From Eledone cirrhosa (taxonomy: Eukaryota): a stretch of DNA of 64,000 nt. The position numbers and the translations under genes are program-made. Positions within the stretch are counted from its first letter, which is position 1, and each line of letters starts with the position of its first letter. The notes under the pieces were generated by a model, which saw only the letters and a list, made by a program, of their open reading frames with translations, had not been told where the DNA came from and made no database searches. The DNA lies in assembly GCA_964016885.1 (NCBI GenBank), contig OZ024758.1, forward strand, positions 36,580,001 through 36,644,000, in the 5' to 3' direction. Below, piece after piece: positions 1 to 11,926 of the stretch.

Positions 1-242
1 CTGTTGGTGAGAATTCATTTAAGTTCATGGTACTAGCTGTCAGAAGTAACTCCACTGTTGGTGAGAATTCATTTAAGTTCATGGTATTAGCTGTCAGAAG
101 TCACTCCAATGTTGGTGAGAATTCATTTAAGTTCATGGTATTAGCTGTCAGAAGTCACTCCACTGTTGGTGAGAATTCATTTAAGTTCATGGTACTAGCT
201 GTCAGAAGTAACCCCAATGTTGGTGAGAATTCATTTAAGTTC

Positions 243-3200
243 ATGGTATTAGCTGTCAGAAGTCACTCCAATGTTGGTGAGAATTCATTTAAGTTCATGG
301 TATTAGCTGTCAGAAGTAACTCCACTGTTGGTGAGAATTCATTTAAGTCCATGGTATTAGCTGTCAGAAGTAACTCCACTGTTGGTGAGAATTCATTTAA
401 CTTCATGGTATTAGCTGTCAGAAGGAACTCCACTGTTGGTGAGAATTCATTTAAGTTCATGGTACTAGCTGTCAGAAGTAACTCCACTGTTGGTGAGAAT
501 TCATTTAAGTTCATGGTATTAGTTTGTCAGAAGTAACTCCACTGTTGGTGAGAATTCATTTAAGTCATGGTATTAGTTGTCAGAAGTAACTCCAATGTTG
601 GTGAGAATTCATTTAAGCCATGGTACTAGCTGTCAGAAGTAACTCCAATGTAGGTGAGAATTCATTTAAGTTCATGGTATTAGCTGTCAGAACGAACTCC
701 ACTGTTGGTGAAAATTCATTTAAGTTCATGGTATTAGCTGTCAGAAGTAACTCCACTGTTGGTGAGAATTCATTTAAGTTCATGGTACTAGCTGTCAGAA
801 GTAACTCCAATGTTGGTGAGAATTCATTTAAGTTCATGGTATTAGCTGTCAGAAGTAACTCCACTGTTGGTGAGAGTTCATTTAAGTCATGGTATTAGCT
901 GTCAGAAGTAACTCCAATGTTGGTGAGAATTCATTTAAGTTCATGGTATTAGCTGTCAGAAGTAACTCCACTGTTAGTGAGAATTCATTTAAGTTCATGG
1001 TATTAGCTGTCAGAAGTAACTCCACTGTTGGTGAGAATTCATTTAAGTTCATGGTACTAGCTGTCAGAAGTAACTCCACTGTTGGTGAGAATTCATTTAA
1101 GTTCATGGTATTAGTTTGTCAGAAGTAACTCCACTGTTGGTGAGAATTCATTTAAGTCATGGTATTAGTTGTCAGAAGTAACTCCAATGTTGGTGAGAAT
1201 TCATTTAAGTTCATGGTATTAGCTGTCAGAAGGAACTCCGCTGTTGGTGAGAATTCATTTAAGTTCATGGTATTAGCTGTCAGAAGGAACTCCAATGTTG
1301 GTGAGAATTCATTTAAGTCATGGTACTAGCTGTCAGAAGTAACTCCACTGTTGGTGAGAATTCATTTAAGTTCATGGTATTAGCTGTCAGAAGGAACTCC
1401 ACTGTTGGTGAGAATTCATTTAAGTTCATGGTACTAGCTGTCAGAAGTAACTCCACTGTTGGTGAGAATTCATTTAAGTCATGGTATTAGTTGTCAGAAG
1501 TAACTCCAATGTTGGTGAGAATTCATTTAAGCCATGGTACTAGCTGTCAGAAGTAACTCCAATGTTGGTGAGAATTCATTTAATTTCATGGTATTAGCTG
1601 TCAGAACGAACTCCACTGTTGGTGAGAATTCATTTAAGTTCATGGTATTAGCTGTCAGAAGTAACTCCACTGTTGGTGAGAATTCATTTAAGTTCATGGT
1701 ACCAGCTGTCAGAAGTAACTCCAATGTTGGTGAGAATTCATTTAAGTTCATGGTATTAGCTGTCAGAAGTAACTCCACTGTTGGTGAGAGTTCATTTAAG
1801 TCATGGTATTAGCTGTCAGAAGTAACTCCAATGTTGGTGAGAATTCATTTAAGTTCATGGTATTAGCTGTCAGAAGTAACGCCACAGTTGGTGAGAATTC
1901 ATTTAAGTTCATGGTATTAGCTGTCAGAAGTAACTCCACTGTTGGTGAGAATTCATTTAAGTTCATGGTACTAGCTGTCAGAAGTAACTCCACCGTTGGT
2001 GAGAATTCATTTAAGTTCATGGTACTAGCTGTCAGAAGTAACTCCAATGTTGGTGAGAATTCATTTAAGTTCATGGTATTAGCTGTCAGAAGTAACTCCA
2101 CTGTTGGTGAGAATTCATTTAAGTCATGGTATTAGCTGTCAGAAGTAATTCCACTGTTGGTGAGAATTTATTTAAGTTCATGGTATTAGCTGTCAGAAGT
2201 AACTCCACTGTTGGTGAGAATTCATTTAAGTTCATGGTACTAGCTGTCAGAAGTAACTCCAATGTTGGTGAGAATTCATTTAAGTTCATGGTATTAGCTG
2301 TCAGAAGTAACTCCACTGTTGGTGAGAATTCATTTAAGTCATGGTATTAGCTGTCAGAAGTAACTCCACTGTTGGTGAGAATTCATTTAAGTTCATGGTA
2401 CTAGCTGTCAGAAGTAACTCCAATGTTGGTGAGAATTCATTTAAGTTCATGGTATTAGCTGTCAGAAGGAACTCCACTGTTGGTGAGAATTCATTTAAGT
2501 TCATGGTATTAGCTGTCAGAAGTAACTCCACTGTTGGTGAGAATTCATTTAAGTCATGGTATTAGCTGTCAGAAGTAACTCCATTGTTGGTGAGAATTCA
2601 TTTAAGTCATGGTACTAGCTGTCAGAAGTAACTCCAATGTTGGTGAGAATTCATTTAAGTCATGGTACTAGCTGTCAGAAGTAACTCCAATGTTGGTGAG
2701 AATTCATTTAAGTTCATGGTATTAGCTGTCAGAAGGAACTCCACTGTTGGTGAGAATTCATTTAAGTTCATGGTATTAGCTGTCAGAAGTAACTCCACTG
2801 TTGGTGAGAATTCATTTAAGTTCATGGTATTAGCTGTCAGAAGTAACTCCACTGTTGGTGAGAATTCATTTAAGTTCATGGTACTAGCTGTCAGAAGTAA
2901 CTCCAATGTTGGTGAGAATTCATTTAAGTTCATGGTATTAGCTGTCAGAAGTAACTCCACTGTTGGTGAGAATTCATTTAAGTCATGGTATTAGCTGTCA
3001 GAAGTAACTCCAATGTTGGTGAGAATTCATTTAAGTTCATGGTATTAGCTGTCAGAAGTAACTCCAATGTTGGTGAGAATTCATTTAAGTTCATGGTATT
3101 AGCTGTCAGAAGGAACTCCACTGTTGCTGAGAATTCATTTAAGTTCATGGTATTAGCTGTCAGAAGTAACTCCACTGTTGGTGAGAATTCATTTAAGTTC

Positions 3201-4170
3201 ATGGTACTAGCTGTCAGAAGTAACTCCACTGTTGGTGAGAATTCATTTAAGTTCATGGTATTAGCTGTCAGAAGTCACTCCAATGTTGGTGAGAATTCAT
3301 TTAAGTTCATGGTATTAGCTGTCAGAAGTAACTCCACTGTTGGTGAGAATTCATTTAAGTTCATGGTATTAGCTGTCAGAAGTAACTCCACTGTTGGTGA
3401 GAATTCATTTAAGTTCATGGTATTAGCTGTCAGAAGGAACTCCACTGTTGGTGAGAATTCATTTAAGTTCATGGTACTAGCTGTCAGAAGTAACTCCACT
3501 GTTGGTGAGAATTCATTTAAGTTCTTGGTATTAGTTTGTCAGAAGTAACTCCACTGTTGGTGAGAATTCATTTAAGTCATGGTATTAGTTGTCAGAAGTA
3601 ACTCCAATGTTGGTGAGAATTCATTTAAGCCATGGTACTAGCTGTCAGAAGTAACTCCAATGTAGGTGAGAATTCATTTAAGTTCATGGTATTAGCTGTC
3701 AGAACGAACTCCACTGTTGGTGAAAATTCATTTAAGTTCATGGTATTAGCTGTCAGAAGTAACTCCACTGTTGGTGAGAATTCATTTAAGTTCATGGTAC
3801 TAGCTGTCAGAAGTAACTCCAATGTTGATGAGAATTCATTTAAGTTCATGGTATTAGCTGTCAGAAGTAACTCCACTGTTGGTGAGAGTTCATTTAAGTC
3901 ATGGTATTAGCTGTCAGAAGTAACTCCAATGTTGGTGAGAATTCATTTAAGTTCATGGTATTAGCTGTCAGAAGTAACTCCACTGTTAGTGAGAATTCAT
4001 TTAAGTTCATGGTATTAGCTGTCAGAAGTAACTCCACTGTTGGTGAGAATTCATTTAAGTTCATGGTACTAGCTGTCAGAAGTAACTCCACTGTTGGTGA
4101 GAATTCATTTAAGTTCATGGTATTAGTTTGTCAGAAGTAACTCCACTGTTGGTGAGAATTCATTTAAGTC
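243..4170. repeat. Dispersed block duplication ~243-1160 vs ~3255-4170 (offset 3,012 bp)
   Basis: Shared rare variants TGTAGGTGAG (~650/3662), TGAAAATTC (~710/3722) and CTGTTAGTGA (~971/3983). ORF starts 620/3632 and 889/3901. Confidence 0.8.
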
Positions 4171-7100
4171 ATGGTACTAGCTGTCAGAAGTAACTCCAAT
4201 GTTGGTGAGAATTCATTTAAGTTCATGGTATTAGTTTGTCAGAAGTAACTCCACTGTTGGTGAGAATTCATTTAAGTCATGGTACTAGCTGTCAGAAGTA
4301 ACTCCACTGTTGGTGAGAATTCATTTAAGTCATGGTACTAGCTGTCAGAAGTAACTCCAATGTTGGTGAGAATTCATTTAAGTTCATGGTATTAGCTGTC
4401 AGAACTAACTCCACTGTTGGTGAGAGTTCATTTAAGTCATGGTATTAGCTGTCAGAAGTAACTCCAATGTTGGTGAGAATTCATTTAAGTTCATGGTATT
4501 AGCTGTCAGAAGTAACTCCACTGTTAGTGAGAATTCATTTAAGTTCATGGTATTAGCTGTCAGAAGTAACTCCACTGTTGGTGAGAATTCATTTAAGTTC
4601 ATGGTACTAGCTGTCAGAAGTAACTCCACTGTTGGTGAGAATTCATTTAAGTTCATGGTATTAGTTTGTCAGAAGTAACTCCACTGTTGGTGAGAATTCA
4701 TTTAAGTCATGGTATTAGTTGTCAGAAGTAACTCCAATGTTGGTGAGAATTCATTTAAGTTCATGGTATTAGCTGTCAGAAGGAACTCCACTGTTGGTGA
4801 GAATTCATTTAAGTTCATGGTATTAGCTGTCAGAAGGAACTCCAATGTTGGTGAGAATTCATTTAAGTCATGGTACTAGCTGTCAGAAGTAACTCCACTG
4901 TTGCTGAGAATTCATTTAAGTTCATGGTATTAGCTGTCAGAAGGAACTCCACTGTTGGTGAGAATTCATTTAAGTTCATGGTACCAGCTGTCAGAAGTAA
5001 CTCCAATGTTGGTGAGAATTCATTTAAGTTCATGGTATTAGCTGTCAGAAGTAACTCCACTGTTGGTGAGAATTCATTTAATTTCATGGTATTAGCTGTC
5101 AGAAGTAACTCCACTGTTGGTGAGAATTCATTTAAGTTCATGGTACTAGCTGTCAGAAGTAACTCCAATGTTGGTGAGAATTCATTTAAGTTCATGGTAT
5201 TAGCTGTCAGAAGTAACTCCATTGTTGGTGAGTATTCATTTAAGTCATGGTATTAGCTGTCAGAAGTAACTCCACTGTTGGTGAGAATTCATTTAAGTTC
5301 ATGGTATTAGCTGTCAGAAGTAACTCCACTGTTGGTGAGAATTCATTTAAGTTCATTCATGGTATTAGCTGTCAGAAGTAACTCCACTGTTGGTGAGAAT
5401 TCATTTACGTTCATGGTATTAGTTTGTCAGAAGTAACTCCACTGTTGGTGAGAATTCATTTAAGTCATGGTATTAGTTGTCAGAAGTAACTCCAATGTTG
5501 GTGAGAATTCATTTAAGTTCATGGTAATAGCTGTCAGAAGTAACTCCACTGTTGGTGAGAATTCATTTAAGTCATGGTATTAGCTGTCAGAAGTAACTCC
5601 AATGTTGGTGAGAATTCATTTAAGTCATGGTACTAGCTGTCAGAAGTCACTCCACTGTTGGTGAGAATTCATTTAAGTTCATGGTACTAGCTGTCAGAAG
5701 TAACCCCAATGTTGGTGAGAATTCATTTAAGTTCATGGTATTAGCTGTCAGAAGTCACTCCAATGTTGGTGAGAATTCATTTAAGTTCATGGTATTAGCT
5801 GTCAGAAGTAACTCCACTGTTGGTAAGAATTCATTTAAGTTCATGGTATTAGCTGTCAGAAGTAACTCCACTGTTGGTGAGAATTCATTTAAGTTCATGG
5901 TATTAGCTGTCAGAAGGAACGCCACTGTTGGTGAGAATTCATTTAAGTTCATGGTATTAGCTGTCAGAAGTAACTCCACTGTTGGTGAGAATTCATTTAA
6001 GTTCATGGTACTAGCTGTCAGAAGTAACTCCAATGTTGGTGAGAATTCATTTAAGTTCATGGTATTAGCTGTCAGAAGGAACTCCACTGTTGCTGAGAAT
6101 TCATTTAAGTTCATGGTATTAGCTGTCAGAAGTCACTCCAATGTTGGTGAGAATTCATTTAAGTTCATGGTATTAGCTGTCAGAAGTCACTCCACTGTTG
6201 GTGAGAATTCATTTAAGTTCATGGTATTAGCTGTCAGAAGTAACCCCAATGTTGGTGAGAATTCATCTAAGTCATGGTATTAGCTGTCGGAAGTAACTCC
6301 ACTGTTGGTGAGAATTCATTTAAGTTCATGGTATTAGCTGTCAGAAGTAACTCCACTGTTGGTGAGAATTCATTTAAGTTCATGGTATTAGCTGTCAGAA
6401 GTAACTCCAATGTTGGTGAGAATTCATTTAAGTTCATGGTACTAGCTGTCAGAAGTAACTCCACTGTTGGTGAGAATTCATTTAAGTTCATGGTAATAGC
6501 TGTCAGAAGTAACTCCACTGTTGGTGAGAATTCATTTAAGTCATGGTATTAGCTGTCAGAAGTAACTCCAATGTTGGTGAGAATTCATTTAAGTCATGGT
6601 ACTAGCTGTCAGAAGTAACTCCAATGTTGGTGAGAATTCATTTCAGTTCATGGTATTAGCTGTCAGAAGTAACTCCACTGTTGGTGAGAATTCATTTAAG
6701 TTCATGGTATTAGCTGTCAGAAGTAACTCCACTGTTGGTGAGAATTCATTTAAGTCATGGTATTAGCTGTCAGAAGTAACTCCACTGTTGGTGAGAATTC
6801 ATTTAAGTTCATGGTATTAGCTGTCAGAAGGAACGCCACTGTTGGTGAGAATTCATTTAAGTTCATGGTATTAGCTGTCAGAAGTAACTCCACCGTTGGT
6901 GAGAATTCATTTAAGTTCATGGTATTAGCTGTCAGAAGTAACTCCACTGTTGGTGTGAATTCATTTAAGTTCATGGTACTAGCTGTCAGAAGTAACTCCA
7001 CTGTTGGTGAGAATTCATTTAAGTTCATGGTATTAGCTGTCAGAAGTCACTCCAATGTTGGTGAGAATTCATTTAAGTTCATGGTATTAGCTGTCAGAAG

Positions 7101-7449
7101 TCACTCCACTGTTGGTGAGAATTCATTTAAGTTCATGGTACTAGCTGTCAGAAGTAACCCCAATGTTGGTGAGAATTCATTTAAGTTCATGGTATTAGCT
7201 GTCAGAAGTCACTCCAATGTTGGTGAGAATTCATTTAAGTTCATGGTATTAGCTGTCAGAAGTAACTCCACTGTTGGTGAGAATTCATTTAAGTTCATGG
7301 TATTAGCTGTCAGAAGGAACTCCACTGTTGGTGAGAATTCATTTAAGTTCATGGTATTAGCTGTCAGAAGGAACTCCACTGTTGGTGAGAATTCATTTAA
7401 GTTCATGGTACTAGCTGTCAGAAGTAACTCCACTGTTGGTGAGAATTCA

Positions 7450-10400
7450 TTTAAGTTCATGGTATTAGCTGTCAGAAGGAACTCCACTGTTGGTGAGAAT
7501 TCATTTAAGTTCATGGTATTAGCTCTCAGAAGGAACGCCACTGTTGGTGAGAATTCATTTAAGTTCATGGTATTAGTTTGTCAGAAGTAACTCCACTGTT
7601 GGTGAGAATTCATTTAAGTCATGGTATTAGTTGTCAGAAGTAACTCCAATGTTGGTGAGAATTCATTTAAGCCATGGTACTAGCTGTCAGAAGTAACTCC
7701 AATGTTGGTGAGAATTCATTTAAGTTCATGGTATTAGCTGTCAGAACGAACTCCACTGTTGGTGAGAATTCATTTAAGTTCATGGTATTAGCTGTCAGAA
7801 GTAACTCCACTGTTGGTGAGAATTCATTTAAGTTCATGGTACTAGCTGTCAGAAGTAACTCCAATGTTGGTGAGAATTCATTTAAGTTCATGGTATTAGC
7901 TGTCAGAAGTAACTCCACTGTTGGTGAGAGTTCATTTAAGTCATGGTATTAGCTGTCAGAAGTAACTCCAATGTTGGTGAGAATTCATTTAAGTTCATGG
8001 TATTAGCTGTCAGAAGTAACTCCACTGTTGGTGAGAATTCATTTAAGTTCATGGTATTAGCTGTCAGAAGTAACTCCACTGTTGGTGAGAATTCATTTAA
8101 GTTCATGGTACTAGCTGTCAGAAGTAACTCCACTGTTGGTGAGAATTCATTTAAGTTCATGGTATTAGTTTGTCAGAAGTAACTCCACTGTTGGTGAGAA
8201 TTCATTTAAGTCATGGTATTAGTTGTCAGAAGTAACTCCAATGTTGGTGAGAATTCATTTAAGTTCATGGTATTAGCTGTCAGAAGGAACTCCACTGTTG
8301 GTGAGAATTCATTTAAGTTCATGGTATTAGCTGTCAGAAGGAACTCCAATGTTGGTGAGAATTCATTTAAGTCATGGTAGTAGCTGTCAGAAGTAACTCC
8401 ACTGTTGGTGAGAATTCATTTAAGTTCATGGTTATAGCTGTCAGAAGGAACTCCACTGTTGGTGAGAATTCATTTAAATTCATGGTATTAGCTGTCAGAA
8501 GGAACGCCACTGTTGGTGAGAATTCATTTAAGTTCATGGTATTAGCTGTCGGAAGTAACTCCACTGTTGGTGAGAATTCATTTAAGTTCATGGTATTAGC
8601 TGTCAGAAGGAACTCCACTGTTGGTGAGAATTCATTTAAGTTCATGGTATTAGCTGTCAGAAGTAACTCCACTGTTGGTGAGAATTCATTTAAGTCATGG
8701 TATTAGCTGTCAGAAGTAACTCCATTGTTGGTGAGAATTCATTTAAGTCATGGTACTAGCTGTCAGAAGTAACTCCAATGTTGGTGAGAATTCATTTAAG
8801 TCATGGTACTAGCTGTCAGAAGTAACTCCAATGTTGGTGAGAATTCATTTAAGTTCATGGTATTAGCTGTCAGAAGGAACTCCACTGTTGGTGAGAATTC
8901 ATTTAAGTTCATGGTATTAGCTGTCAGAAGTAACTCCACTGTTGGTGAGAATTCATTTAAGTTCATGGTATTAGCTGTCAGAAGTAACTCCACTGTTGGT
9001 GAGAATTCATTTAAGTTCATGGTACTAGCTGTCAGAAGTAACTCCAATGTTGGTGAGAATTCATTTAAGTTCATGGTATTAGCTGTCAGAAGTAACTCCA
9101 CTGTTGGTGAGAATTCATTTAAGTCATGGTATTAGCTGTCAGAAGTAACTCCAATGTTGGTGAGAATTCATTTAAGTTCATGGTATTAGCTGTCAGAAGT
9201 AACTCCAATGTTGGTGAGAATTCATTTAAGTTCATGGTATTAGCTGTCAGAAGGAACTCCACTGTTGCTGAGAATTCATTTAAGTTCATGGTATTAGCTG
9301 TCAGAAGTAACTCCACTGTTGGTGAGAATTCATTTAAGTTCATGGTACTAGCTGTCAGAAGTAACTCCACTGTTGGTGAGAATTCATTTAAGTTCATGGT
9401 ATTAGCTGTCAGAAGTCACTCCAATGTTGGTGAGAATTCATTTAAGTTCATGGTATTAGCTGTCAGAAGTCACTCCACTGTTGGTGAGAATTCATTTAAG
9501 TTCATGGTACTAGCTGTCAGAAGTAACCCCAATGTTGGTGAGAATTCATTTAAGTTCATGGTATTAGCTGTCAGAAGTCACTCCACTGTTGGTGAGAATT
9601 CATTTAAGTTCATGGTACTAGCTGTCAGAAGTAACTCCACTGTTGGTGAGAATTCATTTAAGTTCATGGTATTAGCTGTCAGAAGGAACTCCACTGTTGG
9701 TGAGAATTCATTTAAGTTCATGGTATTAGCTGTCAGAAGTCACTCCAATGTTGGTGAGAATTCATTTAAGTTCATGGTATTAGCTGTCAGAAGGAACTCC
9801 ACTGTTGGTGAGAATTCATTTAAGTTCATGGTATTAGCTGTCAGAAGGAACGCCACTGTTGGTGAGAATTCATTTAAGTTCATGGTATTAGTTTGTCAGA
9901 AGTAACTCCACTGTTGGTGAGAATTCATTTAAGTCATGGTATTAGTTGTCAGAAGTAACTCCAATGTTGGTGAGAATTCATTTAAGCCATGGTACTAGCT
10001 GTCAGAAGTAACTCCAATGTTGGTGAGAATTCATTTAAGTTCATGGTATTAGCTGTCAGAACGAACTCCACTGTTGGTGAGAATTCATTTAAGTTCATGG
10101 TATTAGCTGTCAGAAGTAACTCCACTGTTGGTGAGAATTCATTTAAGTTCATGGTACTAGCTGTCAGAAGTAACTCCAATGTTGGTGAGAATTCATTTAA
10201 GTTCATGGTATTAGCTGTCAGAAGTAACTCCACTGTTGGTGAGAGTTCATTTAAGTCATGGTATTAGCTGTCAGAAGTAACTCCAATGTTGGTGAGAATT
10301 CATTTAAGTTCATGGTATTAGCTGTCAGAAGTAACTCCACTGTTGGTGAGAATTCATTTAAGTTCATGGTATTAGCTGTCAGAAGTAACTCCACTGTTGG

Positions 10401-11895
10401 TGAGAATTCATTTAAGTTCATGGTACTAGCTGTCAGAAGTAACTCCACTGTTGGTGAGAATTCATTTAAGTTCATGGTATTAGTTTGTCAGAAGTAACTC
10501 CACTGTTGGTGAGAATTCATTTAAGTCATGGTATTAGTTGTCAGAAGTAACTCCAATGTTGGTGAGAATTCATTTAAGTTCATGGTATTAGCTGTCAGAA
10601 GGAACTCCACTGTTGGTGAGAATTCATTTAAGTTCATGGTATTAGCTGTCAGAAGGAACTCCAATGTTGGTGAGAATTCATTTAAGTCATGGTAGTAGCT
10701 GTCAGAAGTAACTCCACTGTTGGTGAGAATTCATTTAAGTTCATGGTTATAGCTGTCAGAAGGAACTCCACTGTTGGTGAGAATTCATTTAAATTCATGG
10801 TATTAGCTGTCAGAAGGAACGCCACTGTTGGTGAGAATTCATTTAAGTTCATGGTATTAGCTGTCGGAAGTAACTCCACTGTTGGTGAGAATTCATTTAA
10901 GTTCATGGTATTAGCTGTCAGAAGGAACTCCACTGTTGGTGAGAATTCATTTAAGTTCATGGTATTAGCTGTCAGAAGTAACTCCACTGTTGGTGAGAAT
11001 TCATTTAAGTCATGGTATTAGCTGTCAGAAGTAACTCCATTGTTGGTGAGAATTCATTTAAGTCATGGTACTAGCTGTCAGAAGTAACTCCAATGTTGGT
11101 GAGAATTCATTTAAGTCATGGTACTAGCTGTCAGAAGTAACTCCAATGTTGGTGAGAATTCATTTAAGTTCATGGTATTAGCTGTCAGAAGGAACTCCAC
11201 TGTTGGTGAGAATTCATTTAAGTTCATGGTATTAGCTGTCAGAAGTAACTCCACTGTTGGTGAGAATTCATTTAAGTTCATGGTATTAGCTGTCAGAAGT
11301 AACTCCACTGTTGGTGAGAATTCATTTAAGTTCATGGTACTAGCTGTCAGAAGTAACTCCAATGTTGGTGAGAATTCATTTAAGTTCATGGTATTAGCTG
11401 TCAGAAGTAACTCCACTGTTGGTGAGAATTCATTTAAGTCATGGTATTAGCTGTCAGAAGTAACTCCAATGTTGGTGAGAATTCATTTAAGTTCATGGTA
11501 TTAGCTGTCAGAAGTAACTCCAATGTTGGTGAGAATTCATTTAAGTTCATGGTATTAGCTGTCAGAAGGAACTCCACTGTTGCTGAGAATTCATTTAAGT
11601 TCATGGTATTAGCTGTCAGAAGTAACTCCACTGTTGGTGAGAATTCATTTAAGTTCATGGTACTAGCTGTCAGAAGTAACTCCACTGTTGGTGAGAATTC
11701 ATTTAAGTTCATGGTATTAGCTGTCAGAAGTCACTCCAATGTTGGTGAGAATTCATTTAAGTTCATGGTATTAGCTGTCAGAAGTCACTCCACTGTTGGT
11801 GAGAATTCATTTAAGTTCATGGTACTAGCTGTCAGAAGTAACCCCAATGTTGGTGAGAATTCATTTAAGTTCATGGTATTAGCTGTCAGAAGTCA
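7450..11895. repeat. Near-tandem block duplication, offset 2,315 bp (43 monomers)
   Basis: ORF starts 7674/9989, 7943/10258, 8374/10689, 8803/11118 and 9126/11441 all differ by 2,315. Shared rare variants GGTAGTAG, GGTTATAG and GTCGGAAG. Confidence 0.9.
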
Positions 11896-11926
11896 CTCCA
11901 ATGTTGGTGAGAATTCATTTAAGTTC

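Noticed and set aside
49-70. Hairpin or dyad elements (CTCCACTGTTGGTGAG, CCAATGTTGG, AGTAACT, GAATTC)
   Set aside because: The stems are only 3-4 bp or imperfect, at chance level. I see no covariation support.
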